The notes under the pieces were generated by a model. The model worked only from the letters and a program-made list of their open reading frames with translations. It did not search any database and was not told the DNA's origin. Both the position numbers and the translations under genes were made by a program. A stretch of 52,273 bases of DNA, from assembly GCA_012522075.1 (NCBI GenBank), contig JAAYLG010000043.1, positions 1-52,273 on the forward strand. Direction: 5' to 3'. Of this stretch, positions 35,966-43,536 are shown piece after piece; the stretch's first letter is position 1, and each line of letters begins with the position of its first letter. The DNA is from Bacillota bacterium. Lineage in GTDB: Bacteria; Bacillota; Dethiobacteria; Dethiobacterales; Dethiobacteraceae.

Positions 35966-37990
35966 ATGTTTACAGAAATTCGTAAACGCGACGGACGGGT
36001 AGTACCGTTTGACGCGGAGAAAATCACCGATGCTATTTTTAAAGCAGCCAAGGCAGTGGGTGGCGAAAACAGGAAAATTGCCGAACGCTTGACCGTCCAG
36101 GTAATTAAAGAACTGGCGAAAAAGGGCTACAACGGGGTCATACCCACGGTGGAAGAAATCCAGGACGTGGTGGAAAAAGTTCTGATTGAAAACGGACATG
36201 CCCGTACGGCAAAAGCCTACATATTGTACCGGGATAAAAGAAGCAGGATTCGCGAAGGCAAAAGCGACCTGATGGATACGGTGAAAGAGATATTGATTGA
36301 GACGAGCAGGGAAAATGCCAATGTTTCCAATTCGCCGTCCGCCAAGATGCTGCAAATTGCCAGCGCGGCTAGCAAAAGCTATTACCTGACAAACCTGCTG
36401 CCGGAAGAATTTGCCCAGGCCCATATTAACGGCGCCATTCATATTCATGACCTGGACTATTACGGCAAGACGCTCAACTGCCTGCAGATTGATTTATATA
36501 AATTGTTAAGCCAGGGATTCAATACCGGCTACGGTTACATCCGCCCTCCCAAGCGGATAGCTTCGGCGGCCGCCCAGGCGGCCATCATTCTGCAAAGCAA
36601 CCAGAATGATATGTTCGGCGGCCAGAGTTTTCCGCATTTTGACCGCGCCATGGCGCAAATCATCGCGGAAATGCCCAGGCAGCCCGATGAGGAAGAAATC
36701 TTCCAGGCCATGGAAGGACTGGTTTATAATTTAAACACCATGCATTCCCGCGCCGGTGCCCAGGTGCCTTTTTCTTCGCTGAACTTCGGGACAGATACCA
36801 GCGAGATGGGCCGGGCGGTGTCCAAGGCTTTGCTGAAAGCTTTTGAAAAGGGTCTGGGCCGCGGGGAAAGCCCCATTTTCCCCAACCTGGTCTTCCGGAC
36901 GAAAAAAGGCGTCAACTTTGACCCGGGTGATCCCAACTACGACATTTTCCAGTATGCGCTGAAAGTGGCGGCCAAGCGCCTCAATCCCACCTTTAGTTTC
37001 ATGGACAGTTCTTTTAATAGCAAATACGGGGATGAGGTAGCATATATGGGCTGCCGCACGCGTGTGATTGCCAACCGCCACGGCGAGGCGGTTTCCGCCG
37101 GGCGCGGCAATATTGCCTTCGTTTCCATCAACCTGCCACGGCTGGCTTTGCAGACGCGCGATATTAACCTTTTCTTCGTGGAGCTGGACCGCCTGCTGCG
37201 CCTGGCCGCCAGGCAGCTGCTGCACAGGTTCGAAATCATCGGCAATCTGCGGGCCAAGGACCTGCCGTTTTTAATGGGGCAGAAGCTGTACATGGGTTCG
37301 GAGAACCTGCAGCCGGACGACCCCATTAAAGAGGTAATTAAAAACGGCACCCTGTCCATCGGTTTCATCGGCCTGGCGGAAACACTGATGGTCTTGATCG
37401 GCAAACATCACGGCGAAGACAAGGAAGCCCAGGAACTGGGCCTGAAAATTGTTTCCCATATGTCGAAACGCATGGCACAGTTCTCGGATGAGTTTGACCT
37501 GAACTTTACCCTCCTGGCCACACCGGCGGAAGGTCTGTCCGGGCGCTTTATCAAGCTGGACCGCGAGATCTATGGCGTTATCCCGGGAGTGACGGACAAG
37601 GAATACTACACCAATTCCGTCCATTTACCGGTGAATTACGTCATGTCCCTTTACGACAAGCTGGATATAGAAGGACAGTATCATAAGTATTGTGATGCCG
37701 GCCATATTGCCTATGTGGAACTGGAGTCCCCGCCGGGAGAAAACTATGAAGCGGTGGAGGATATTGTCAGGCATATGAGCGAAGCCGATGTCGGCTACGG
37801 CGGCATCAATTATCCCATTGACGAATGCCGGAGCTGCGGCTACAGCGGCGTCATAGACGACTGCTGCCCGGGCTGCGGCGGTACGGATATCAGGCGCATT
37901 CGCCGCATTACAGGCTACCTTTCCACAGAAGAACGTTTTAACAGTGCCAAACTGGCTGAACTGCACGACCGGAAGGTACACTTCCGGTAA
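35966..37990 (+). CDS. nrdD: Anaerobic ribonucleoside-triphosphate reductase (class III)
   Basis: 674 aa. It has an N-terminal ATP-cone, a C-terminal Zn site (CRSCGYSG...CPGCG) and the glycyl-radical motif RRITGYLS. Confidence 0.9.
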   Translation: MFTEIRKRDGRVVPFDAEKITDAIFKAAKAVGGENRKIAERLTVQVIKELAKKGYNGVIPTVEEIQDVVEKVLIENGHARTAKAYILYRDKRSRIREGKSDLMDTVKEILIETSRENANVSNSPSAKMLQIASAASKSYYLTNLLPEEFAQAHINGAIHIHDLDYYGKTLNCLQIDLYKLLSQGFNTGYGYIRPPKRIASAAAQAAIILQSNQNDMFGGQSFPHFDRAMAQIIAEMPRQPDEEEIFQAMEGLVYNLNTMHSRAGAQVPFSSLNFGTDTSEMGRAVSKALLKAFEKGLGRGESPIFPNLVFRTKKGVNFDPGDPNYDIFQYALKVAAKRLNPTFSFMDSSFNSKYGDEVAYMGCRTRVIANRHGEAVSAGRGNIAFVSINLPRLALQTRDINLFFVELDRLLRLAARQLLHRFEIIGNLRAKDLPFLMGQKLYMGSENLQPDDPIKEVIKNGTLSIGFIGLAETLMVLIGKHHGEDKEAQELGLKIVSHMSKRMAQFSDEFDLNFTLLATPAEGLSGRFIKLDREIYGVIPGVTDKEYYTNSVHLPVNYVMSLYDKLDIEGQYHKYCDAGHIAYVELESPPGENYEAVEDIVRHMSEADVGYGGINYPIDECRSCGYSGVIDDCCPGCGGTDIRRIRRITGYLSTEERFNSAKLAELHDRKVHFR

Positions 37991-38057
37991 AAACCTGCCG
38001 CCGTACAGGCGGGGTTTCAGGCAGTAATACGGGCAGAAATAGCAAGGGGGTGGGGTT

Positions 38058-38591
38058 ATGCAGCTGAGAATTGCCGGCTTGCACAGACAAAGTGTGGTAG
38101 ACGGCCCGGGGGTGCGGACGGTTGTGTTTACCCAGGGCTGCCACCACAGCTGTCCCGGCTGCCACAATCCGCAGACCCACGACCCGCAAGGCGGCAGGTT
38201 GGTTGACATTAATGAGCTGGCGGCGGAGATTTTAAGTGACAAGCATGTCCGTGGTGTTACTTTTTCCGGTGGCGAGCCCTTCCTGCAGCCGCGGGCCCTG
38301 GCGGCCCTGGCCGGGCTGTTGAAGTCGCACCAGATCCATCTGGTCGTCTATAGCGGTTATACTTTTGAAGAGCTGCTGGAGAAGGGGCGGCAGGACCAGG
38401 CGACGGCGGCGCTGCTTGCAGCCTGTGACCTGCTGGTTGACGGCCCCTATCTCCAGGAGCAGCGCGATATTTCGTTGCTTTACCGCGGCTCGCGGAACCA
38501 GCGTATCATTGACCTGCCGGCAAGTCTCAAGGCCGGCGAGGCGGTGCTTTCAGAATTACATTTTCGGGGTTTGAGGCGGGCAGATGCGTGA
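38058..38591 (+). CDS. nrdG: Anaerobic RNR activating radical-SAM protein
   Basis: 177 aa. VDGPGVRTVVFTQGCHHSCPGCHN carries the CxxxCxxC cluster motif. Confidence 0.88.
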   Translation: MQLRIAGLHRQSVVDGPGVRTVVFTQGCHHSCPGCHNPQTHDPQGGRLVDINELAAEILSDKHVRGVTFSGGEPFLQPRALAALAGLLKSHQIHLVVYSGYTFEELLEKGRQDQATAALLAACDLLVDGPYLQEQRDISLLYRGSRNQRIIDLPASLKAGEAVLSELHFRGLRRADA

Positions 38592-39399
38592 GCGGGAAAG
38601 GATTATTGCGGCAAACGGCATCAGCTATCTTGTTTTTGCCAACCTGGAGCAGGCAAAAGTGCTGCACGGTTTTTCCCTGCGGCACGGCGGAGTAAGCAGC
38701 CCCCCGTATGACAGCCTGAACATGGGCTTGCATGTGGGCGACGAGGAGGCAAAAGTCCTGGAAAACCGCCGGCGTTTTGCTCAAGCCTTGGGCTACCGGG
38801 TGGAAAAGGTGGTGACCGGCCGGCAGGTACATGGCATCTCCATTGCCCGGGTCACAGGCAAAGAGGCGGGCCGCGGACATGCCTCATATGCTGCAGCGCT
38901 GCCGGACACCGACGGCCTTATTACTACCGCTGCGGATGTGGTGTTGATGGCCCACGCCGCCGACTGCACACTGCTTTTCTTTTATGATCCGCATATTCCC
39001 TGCATCGGCCTTGCTCACGCAGGTTGGCGCGGTGCAGTGGCGGGAATGGGCCCGGCCATGGTCGGGGCAATGTGTGAGGCGGGCTCCCGGCCGGAGCGAA
39101 TCCTGGTGGCGCTGGCGCCTACCATCGGTCCCTGCTGCTTGCAGGTGGGTGAAGACGTGGCGGACGCCGTTCCTGCAGATCTATGCCCGCAAGTGGTACA
39201 CCGTACAGGTGATGGGTTTTATTTAGATTTGCCTGAATTTCATGCCCTCCAGCTTGTTGCTGCCGGCATACGACGTGACAACCTGGTGAAAAGTTCTTAC
39301 TGCACAAAATGCCGGCAGGACCTTTTTTATTCCTACCGCGGTGCTGGGGGGCGGACAGGCAGGATGGCCGGTATAATTATGCTGAAGTGGCAGGCATAG
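38584..39399 (+). CDS. pgeF: Peptidoglycan editing factor PgeF (YlmD/YfiH, DUF152 laccase-domain protein)
   Basis: 271 aa. HGFSLRHGGVSSPPYDSLN is present, and the H...C...H triad lies in ADC...HAGWRG. It overlaps the nrdG end by 8 nt. Confidence 0.85.
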   Translation: MRERERIIAANGISYLVFANLEQAKVLHGFSLRHGGVSSPPYDSLNMGLHVGDEEAKVLENRRRFAQALGYRVEKVVTGRQVHGISIARVTGKEAGRGHASYAAALPDTDGLITTAADVVLMAHAADCTLLFFYDPHIPCIGLAHAGWRGAVAGMGPAMVGAMCEAGSRPERILVALAPTIGPCCLQVGEDVADAVPADLCPQVVHRTGDGFYLDLPEFHALQLVAAGIRRDNLVKSSYCTKCRQDLFYSYRGAGGRTGRMAGIIMLKWQA

Positions 39400-39401
39400 C
39401 T

Positions 39402-40451
39402 ATGCATAATAAAAGAAGGCATGTAAAATTAAAAGTTATCCAGGGAGGAAGAAACAGGTCGGCTGTAAAAGCTAAGAAAGTCTTCCTGGTATTGCTTGCC
39501 GTTCCGGTGGCGGCCGTTATTCTTTACGGCCTCTGGTATCTGGCAGGGCAAAAATTTGTTGCTTCCCTGCTGGCAGAGACGGTGATTGCCCGTGAGGGAG
39601 CGCTGGAAAAAGGGATAGCCACAGAAGGCGTCTGGATCCGCCGGGAACAGGTGGCAGCCGCTCCCGCCAGCGGCAGGCTGCACTGGCTGGCTGCCGACGG
39701 GGAACGCTTGTCGTTGGGAGCGCCTGTGGCGGAAATCAGGACGCCGGGGGGAGAAATACATACGGTAACCGCCCCTATGCCGGGCATCCTCAGCCGGCGG
39801 CTGGACGGGCTGGAAGGCACCCTGCGCCCGGACAGCCTGGCGGCTGTAAATGTTGCTGCCCTGCAGGAAAATGTACCGCAAACAAGCATCTATGCGGAAG
39901 GAGCGCAGCTTCTTGCCGGCACGCTGTTTTTTAAAATTGTGGACAATTTTACCTGGTATTATGTTACCTGCCTGCCGTTGGTAGAAGCAGAGACGCTGAC
40001 GGGCGGCAAAGTAAAGCTTAACTTTGAATCGGCACCAAAAACTGTTCCGGCAGTACTCTCGGAAACTTTTATTGACGGGGACCGGCTTACTTTTGCTTTT
40101 ACGGTGCAGGAAGAAGTTGCCGGCTGTTTTAGCGACCGTTTTGTGGCGGCAAAGATTATAACCGGACAAGTAACCGGCATAGTTTTGCCGGCTGCTGCAC
40201 TTGTGCTCAACGGGGAAGAAACGGGTGTATATGTTCTGGAAGAATCCCTGGTTCGCTTCCGTGAGGTGGAAGTACTGGGGGCGGAAGGGGAACAGGTTAT
40301 TGTCGACGGCATCAAAACAGGCACACCGGTCATCATCAATCCGGTTTTGGTGAAGAAAGGACAGAGACTATGGATACACTGGAGGAACGAATTGCTTGTA
40401 TCCAAAGAAACATCGCTGCGGCAGCCGCGCGGGGCAAGCGGCAGACAGTAA
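39402..40451 (+). CDS. Membrane-anchored HlyD/biotin-lipoyl-like (barrel-sandwich) protein
   Basis: This is the in-frame part of ORF 39309..40451. ATG 39402 lies just after the pgeF stop. It has a basic N-terminus, one TM segment and lipoyl-like hairpin segments (APVAEIRTPGGEIHTVTAPMPGIL; VIVDGIKTGTPVIINP). Its 3' end overlaps yggS by 82 nt. Confidence 0.55.
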   Translation: MHNKRRHVKLKVIQGGRNRSAVKAKKVFLVLLAVPVAAVILYGLWYLAGQKFVASLLAETVIAREGALEKGIATEGVWIRREQVAAAPASGRLHWLAADGERLSLGAPVAEIRTPGGEIHTVTAPMPGILSRRLDGLEGTLRPDSLAAVNVAALQENVPQTSIYAEGAQLLAGTLFFKIVDNFTWYYVTCLPLVEAETLTGGKVKLNFESAPKTVPAVLSETFIDGDRLTFAFTVQEEVAGCFSDRFVAAKIITGQVTGIVLPAAALVLNGEETGVYVLEESLVRFREVEVLGAEGEQVIVDGIKTGTPVIINPVLVKKGQRLWIHWRNELLVSKETSLRQPRGASGRQ

Positions 40452-41041
40452 GGCTTTTGGCTGTAACCAAAACAGTGCCGCCGGAAGTCATTGCCCGGGC
40501 CGTCTCCAGCGGCTTGACGCTTTTCGGTGAAAACCGTGTCCAGGAAGCGCTGCCGAAAATAGAGCGTTTCCCGCAGGCGGAATGGCACTTAATCGGGCGG
40601 TTGCAGACAAACAAAGTAAAGTCCGTGATTGGCAGATTTGCTTTAATCCATTCACTGGACCGCTGGAAACTGGCAACTGCACTCGAGACAAGAGCGGAAA
40701 AACTGGGACAGATCGTGCGTGTTCTGGTGCAGGTGAATATAGGACGGGAGCCGCAGAAGGGAGGAGTGTTGCCTGAGGATGTGCCTGCTTTTCTGCGGGA
40801 AGTGGCAAGGCTATCCCACTTGCAGGTGGAAGGCCTCATGGCCATACCGCCCGCGGTCAGTCACCCGGAAGAAGCACGGCCGTATTTTCGTGCCATGTAC
40901 CAGCTTTTCCGCAGTATTGACATACCGGGCATAGAGATGAAAACATTGTCCATGGGCATGTCGGCCGATTATGTGATGGCGGTGGAAGAAGGAGCAAATC
41001 TTGTCCGTGTGGGCAGTCTGCTTTTTGGTGAACGATCCTGA
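40370..41041 (+). CDS. yggS: PLP homeostasis protein YggS/YlmE
   Basis: 223 aa. LLAVTKT contains the PLP lysine. HLIGRLQTNK and SMGMSADY are present. Confidence 0.9.
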   Translation: MDTLEERIACIQRNIAAAAARGKRQTVRLLAVTKTVPPEVIARAVSSGLTLFGENRVQEALPKIERFPQAEWHLIGRLQTNKVKSVIGRFALIHSLDRWKLATALETRAEKLGQIVRVLVQVNIGREPQKGGVLPEDVPAFLREVARLSHLQVEGLMAIPPAVSHPEEARPYFRAMYQLFRSIDIPGIEMKTLSMGMSADYVMAVEEGANLVRVGSLLFGERS

Positions 41042-41056
41042 CAAGGGGGAAGAAAG

Positions 41057-41488
41057 ATGCCTAAATTCTGGGATAAAATGTTGACTTTTTTAGGGTTTGT
41101 GGAGGAAACGGAAGAGGAGGAAATTATAGAGGATTATCCGTCCGGCAGGCCGCAAACTGGGCGCAAAGGGCCGGTTCTCAACCTGCACAGTGCAGGCAGC
41201 CGGAATATGCGCCTGGTACTCACCAAGCCGAAAGAGTTTGCGGAAGCTCAGACCATAGTGATGCATATTAAAAACAAAAAGCCTGTGCTGGTAAACCTGG
41301 AAGAAACGTCAAAAGAAGAAGCCCGGCGGATTATTGACTTTATCTCGGGCGCAACTTATGCGGTTGACGGCAGTATGCAAAAAGTAAGCCAGCAAATCTT
41401 TCTTTTCGCCCCTGCACAAGTGGAAGTCAGTGCGGAGATCCGCAAAGAATTGCATGACCGCGGTGTGTCGACCGCGCTGGATGAGTAG
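41057..41488 (+). CDS. sepF: Cell division protein SepF
   Basis: 143 aa. It has an N-terminal amphipathic MPKFWDKMLTFLGF, an acidic linker, and a conserved C-terminal domain (PVLVNLE...ARRIIDFISGATYAVDGSMQKV). Confidence 0.9.
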   Translation: MPKFWDKMLTFLGFVEETEEEEIIEDYPSGRPQTGRKGPVLNLHSAGSRNMRLVLTKPKEFAEAQTIVMHIKNKKPVLVNLEETSKEEARRIIDFISGATYAVDGSMQKVSQQIFLFAPAQVEVSAEIRKELHDRGVSTALDE

Positions 41489-41499
41489 GGGGGAAGTAG

Positions 41500-41796
41500 G
41501 TGCCTGTCCTGCGTTACAATTTACGTTATCTGCTTGACTTGCTTTTTGAGATATATTACTGGCTGTTGATTGCCAGAATCATCTTCCCGCTGCTGCACCT
41601 GGGGCATGGTACCCATCCGTTGCTTTTAAAGCTGCGGCAGTTTGTTTATACAGTGACGGAGCCGCTTCTGGCCCCGCTGCGCCGTGTGGTGGCGCCCATT
41701 CCGCTGGGAGGCTACGCTTATCTTGACCTGTCACCCCTGATTTTACTGATTTTGCTGCGCTTTGTACGTTCCGTCTTGTTGCGCTTTATTCTGTAG
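41500..41796 (+). CDS. YggT/YlmG-family membrane protein
   Basis: 98 aa, two hydrophobic halves. TEPLLAPLRRVVAPIPLGGYAYLDLSPLI is typical of YggT. GTG start. Confidence 0.8.
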   Translation: MPVLRYNLRYLLDLLFEIYYWLLIARIIFPLLHLGHGTHPLLLKLRQFVYTVTEPLLAPLRRVVAPIPLGGYAYLDLSPLILLILLRFVRSVLLRFIL

Positions 41797-41811
41797 TGTT
41801 GGAGGCAGGCC

Positions 41812-42600
41812 ATGGAAAAAGAAAAGATTCTGGGGCATTTTGCCGGGGAATTGGAACGGCTGACAGCCGCCCAGGTTCTGGACCGTATTGTGGCGGCGGG
41901 AGCAACAGGCAAACCGCTGGCAACGGATTTTCTCGATCCCTGCCAGCAGCGTACGGCCGACATGGTTGTCAGCTTTTGTAAAGGTTTTAAGCAGGTAACC
42001 TGGGGCGGCTATGCCGGTGCGGAAAGGGCGCGTGTCCTGGTTTTCCCCGCCGAAAAACAACAGACGGCGGCGGACGTTCCTGTTGCCTTTATTAAGGCCG
42101 TGCCGGCGGCCGCCGCGGCCGCTCTGTCCCACCGTAATTATCTTGGTGCACTTTTGGGCCTGGGACTGCGGCGGGAAAAAATCGGTGATATTTTAGTGGC
42201 GGCGGACGGCAGCGCCCAGATCATTCTGGTGCCTGAAATTAAGGAATTTGTCCTGGCAAACCTGCAGGCGGCGGGCAAATACAGGCTAAGGACGGCGGAA
42301 ATTTTTGCGGAGGACTTGGTTTTGCCGGAGGCACGAACGCGGGAAATCAAAACGACTGTAGCCAGCCTGCGCCTGGATGCGGTGGCCAGTGCCGGTTTTG
42401 GCATTTCCCGCAGCAAACTGGCTCCGGCCATTAAAGCCGGGCATGTCAAACTGAACTGGCAGACCGCGAAAAATGCCAGTGTTCCGGTCAAAGCAGGCGA
42501 TGTTATTTCCGTGGCAGGCAGGGGCAGGGTGGAAGTGGCGGAAATCCAGGGAGAAAGCAGAAAAGGCCGTTTGCGGCTTGTACTAAAAAAGCATTACTAA
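41812..42600 (+). CDS. ylmH: YlmH-family RNA-binding protein with an S4 domain
   Basis: 262 aa. The C-terminal S4-like segment is LRLDAVASAGFGISRSKLAPAIKAGHVKLNW. It sits between yggT and divIVA. Confidence 0.8.
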   Translation: MEKEKILGHFAGELERLTAAQVLDRIVAAGATGKPLATDFLDPCQQRTADMVVSFCKGFKQVTWGGYAGAERARVLVFPAEKQQTAADVPVAFIKAVPAAAAAALSHRNYLGALLGLGLRREKIGDILVAADGSAQIILVPEIKEFVLANLQAAGKYRLRTAEIFAEDLVLPEARTREIKTTVASLRLDAVASAGFGISRSKLAPAIKAGHVKLNWQTAKNASVPVKAGDVISVAGRGRVEVAEIQGESRKGRLRLVLKKHY

Positions 42601-42668
42601 CGTGCAGGATTTGTTGTGTTTGCAGCGAAATATAGGAAAAGCAGGAAAAATATCGGGGGTGAAAGAGA

Positions 42669-43154
42669 ATGCCATTGACACCAATTGACATTCAGAACAA
42701 GGAATTCAGTCGTTCCATCCGCGGCCTTTCTCCGTCAGAGGTGGACGAATTTCTCAACCGCGTTGCCAAAGATTATGAAGAACTGATTAAAGAAAATCTT
42801 GCGGCAAAGGAGCAGATTGCCCAGCTGAAGGAAAAACTGAACCACTACCATAAGCTGGAGTAAACTTTACATAATGCCATTGTGGTGGCGCAGGAAACGG
42901 CGGAAGAAGTAAAACGCAACGCCACCAAGGAAGCGGAGTTGATTCGCCGGGAAGCGGAAAGAGATGCGGCCAGGATTATCGAGGATGCCCGCTATAAAGC
43001 CAGCCGTATTTTAACGGAGCATGAAGAACTTTACAAACAGGCGCAAATTTATAAGATGCGTTTCCGCTCTCTGGTGGAAGCTCAACTGGCCGCCCTTGAG
43101 ATGGAAGACTGGTTAACCCCTGATGAAGAAAAGGAAGCGGAAAAAGGCGCTTAA
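42669..43154 (+). pseudogene. divIVA: divIVA interrupted by one in-frame TAA at 42861..42863. Could be a nonsense allele, a sequencing error or a split gene.
   Basis: ORFs 42669..42863 and 42882..43154 are in the same frame. Read-through translation gives ...LNHYHKLE*TLHNAIVVAQETAEEVKRNATKEAELI. B. subtilis DivIVA reads ...NIEETLNKSILVAQEAAEDVKRN at this point. The N-terminus MPLTPIDIQNKEFSRSIRG is canonical. Confidence 0.85.
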
Positions 43155-43167
43155 AAAGATAAAAAAC

Positions 43168-43206
43168 AATGGCTGCATGCTCCCTGCTTGACAGCATGCA
43201 GCCATT
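43168..43206 (+). terminator. Perfect 14-bp hairpin after divIVA, probably a terminator
   Basis: AATGGCTGCATGCT with an 11-nt loop and AGCATGCAGCCATT, followed by TGTTTAT and preceded by an A-run. It starts 13 nt after the divIVA stop. Confidence 0.6.
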
Positions 43207-43216
43207 TGTTTATACT
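43188..43216 (+). promoter_or_regulatory. Sigma-A-type promoter of the ileS leader (TTGACA-17-TATACT)
   Basis: TTGACA at 43188..43193 lies inside the hairpin loop and 3' arm. TATACT is at 43211..43216. Confidence 0.55.
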
Positions 43217-43222
43217 TGTAGT

Positions 43223-43520
43223 ACTACCTGCGCCGCATGCAGCCAAGCGGAAAGCTGCGGAGCAGGCTTGAATCAACAAAAAATAAAGTGAAAGACAATG
43301 AACGGGACGAGTAAGCAAACGGTCTGTGCGGCAGAGAGCCGGGGATGGTGGAAACCGGTGCGCGCCTTTGCTGAAAATCACCCGGGAGTTGCAGGTGAAC
43401 ATAAAAGTAGCCGCAGCCGGTGAAAACCGTTATCCGAAACAAGCGGCCGCAATCCTATTGCGGCTAGCGGGGTGGTACCGCGGGAAAATTCCCGTCCTCA
43501 GAAGGACGGGTTATTTTTTT
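43223..43520 (+). promoter_or_regulatory. T-box riboswitch leader with Ile specifier AUC and an intrinsic terminator
   Basis: Stem I elements are ATGA...CGAGTA, AGAGAG and GGTGGAA. The specifier loop reads GAAAATCA, with AUC at 43377..43379. The T-box motif is AGCGGGGTGGTACCGCG at 43467..43483. The terminator is CCCGTCCT-caga-AGGACGGG at 43491..43510, followed by TTATTTTTTT. Confidence 0.88.
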
Positions 43521-43536
43521 AGCAGACGGAGGTAGC

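Noticed and set aside
42864-42884. Independent translation of the divIVA C-terminal fragment from GTG 42882
   Set aside because: No Shine-Dalgarno precedes it. The six codons between the TAA and the GTG also match the DivIVA sequence (TLHNAI), so the fragment is a continuation of the gene rather than a separate gene.
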